Below, in pieces: positions 63,787 to 64,000 of a stretch of 64,000 bases of DNA; within the stretch, counting starts at the first letter, position 1, and each line of letters begins with the position of its first letter. The notes beneath the pieces are model-generated. The model did not search any database and was not told the DNA's origin. It was given only the letters and a program-made list of their open reading frames with translations. The DNA comes from Candidatus Omnitrophota bacterium. Lineage in GTDB: Bacteria; Omnitrophota; Gorgyraeia; Zapsychrales; Fredricksoniimonadaceae. The position numbers and the translations under genes were made by a program. Location: contig JADFXH010000002.1 of the NCBI GenBank assembly GCA_015233675.1, forward strand, positions 142,794 through 206,793, given 5' to 3'.

Positions 63787-64000
63787 AGCCGTTGCAATGT
63801 ATTCGGATCAAAGCGCAGCTTGCGCAATTGAGGTGCGATATATGCTGTCAGGCCCGCTACAGCTAAGGTGATGACACCACCGACGGTGACACAGGGGATT
63901 GCTCCGATTGCTGCTGCAACCATACCGCTTTCAAAAGCTCCTAATTCATTAGAGGAACAAATAAATATCCAGCTTACCGCTGAGATCCTCCCTCGCATGT
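63774..64000 (-). CDS. 3' end of a membrane transporter gene (possibly MFS); the gene continues beyond the window
   Basis: The frame is open to the window edge. TM-like AFESGMVAAAIGAIPCVTVGGVITLAVAGLTAYI preceded by an (M)RGRISAV motif, as seen in some MFS families. The assignment is weak. Confidence 0.3.
   Translation of the reverse strand, partial: MRGRISAVSWIFICSSNELGAFESGMVAAAIGAIPCVTVGGVITLAVAGLTAYIAPQLRKLRFDPNTLQRLYFP

Overview
The window looks like a chromosomal segment of a moderately AT-rich, diderm-type bacterium. My impression is an uncultivated lineage, possibly Omnitrophota-like, based only on gene content and the style of the giant ORF. Most of it is recognisable housekeeping and envelope DNA:
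- central metabolism and chromosome functions: pyk, a GH1 beta-glucosidase, smc, PPK2, a class-III aminotransferase, pfkA
- a cvpA-dnaG-rpoD-aroD block
- envelope genes: O-antigen ligase, Wzx-like flippase, orphan type IV pilin-like gene, pilT
- transport: mgtA-like P-type ATPase, SulP permease, a complete kdpFABC-kdpDE locus
- others: ABC-F ATPase, cspA, a DipZ-like thiol-disulfide protein

Five things stand out.
1. A five-gene locus (2918-9239) encodes only signal-peptide proteins. Its subunits carry donor-strand-type pilin hallmarks, but its outer-membrane component is not a recognisable usher. This is my best candidate for an undescribed fibre-assembly system.
2. A 2020-aa signal-peptide ORF (21147-27209) embeds uroporphyrinogen-decarboxylase-like and shikimate-dehydrogenase-like domains. 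It is preceded by five near-perfect 50-bp tandem repeats that run into its ribosome-binding site.
3. A Rho paralogue (57011-57949) consists only of the ATPase domain and overlaps a secreted beta-propeller gene.
4. A 217-bp foldback element with perfect 44-bp terminal inverted repeats lies at 55712-55928.
5. A family of GTCATTGCGAG / GTCATTCCCGCGA-type palindromic repeats punctuates the kdp operon, follows the putative fibre subunit gene, and appears in-frame inside an SDR gene.

Two paralogous GH-A-type glycosidase genes with different C-terminal domain arrays sit at 1-2621 and 27425-29935. I found no rRNA, tRNA or CRISPR array. All homology statements come from reading motifs by eye, not from database searches.
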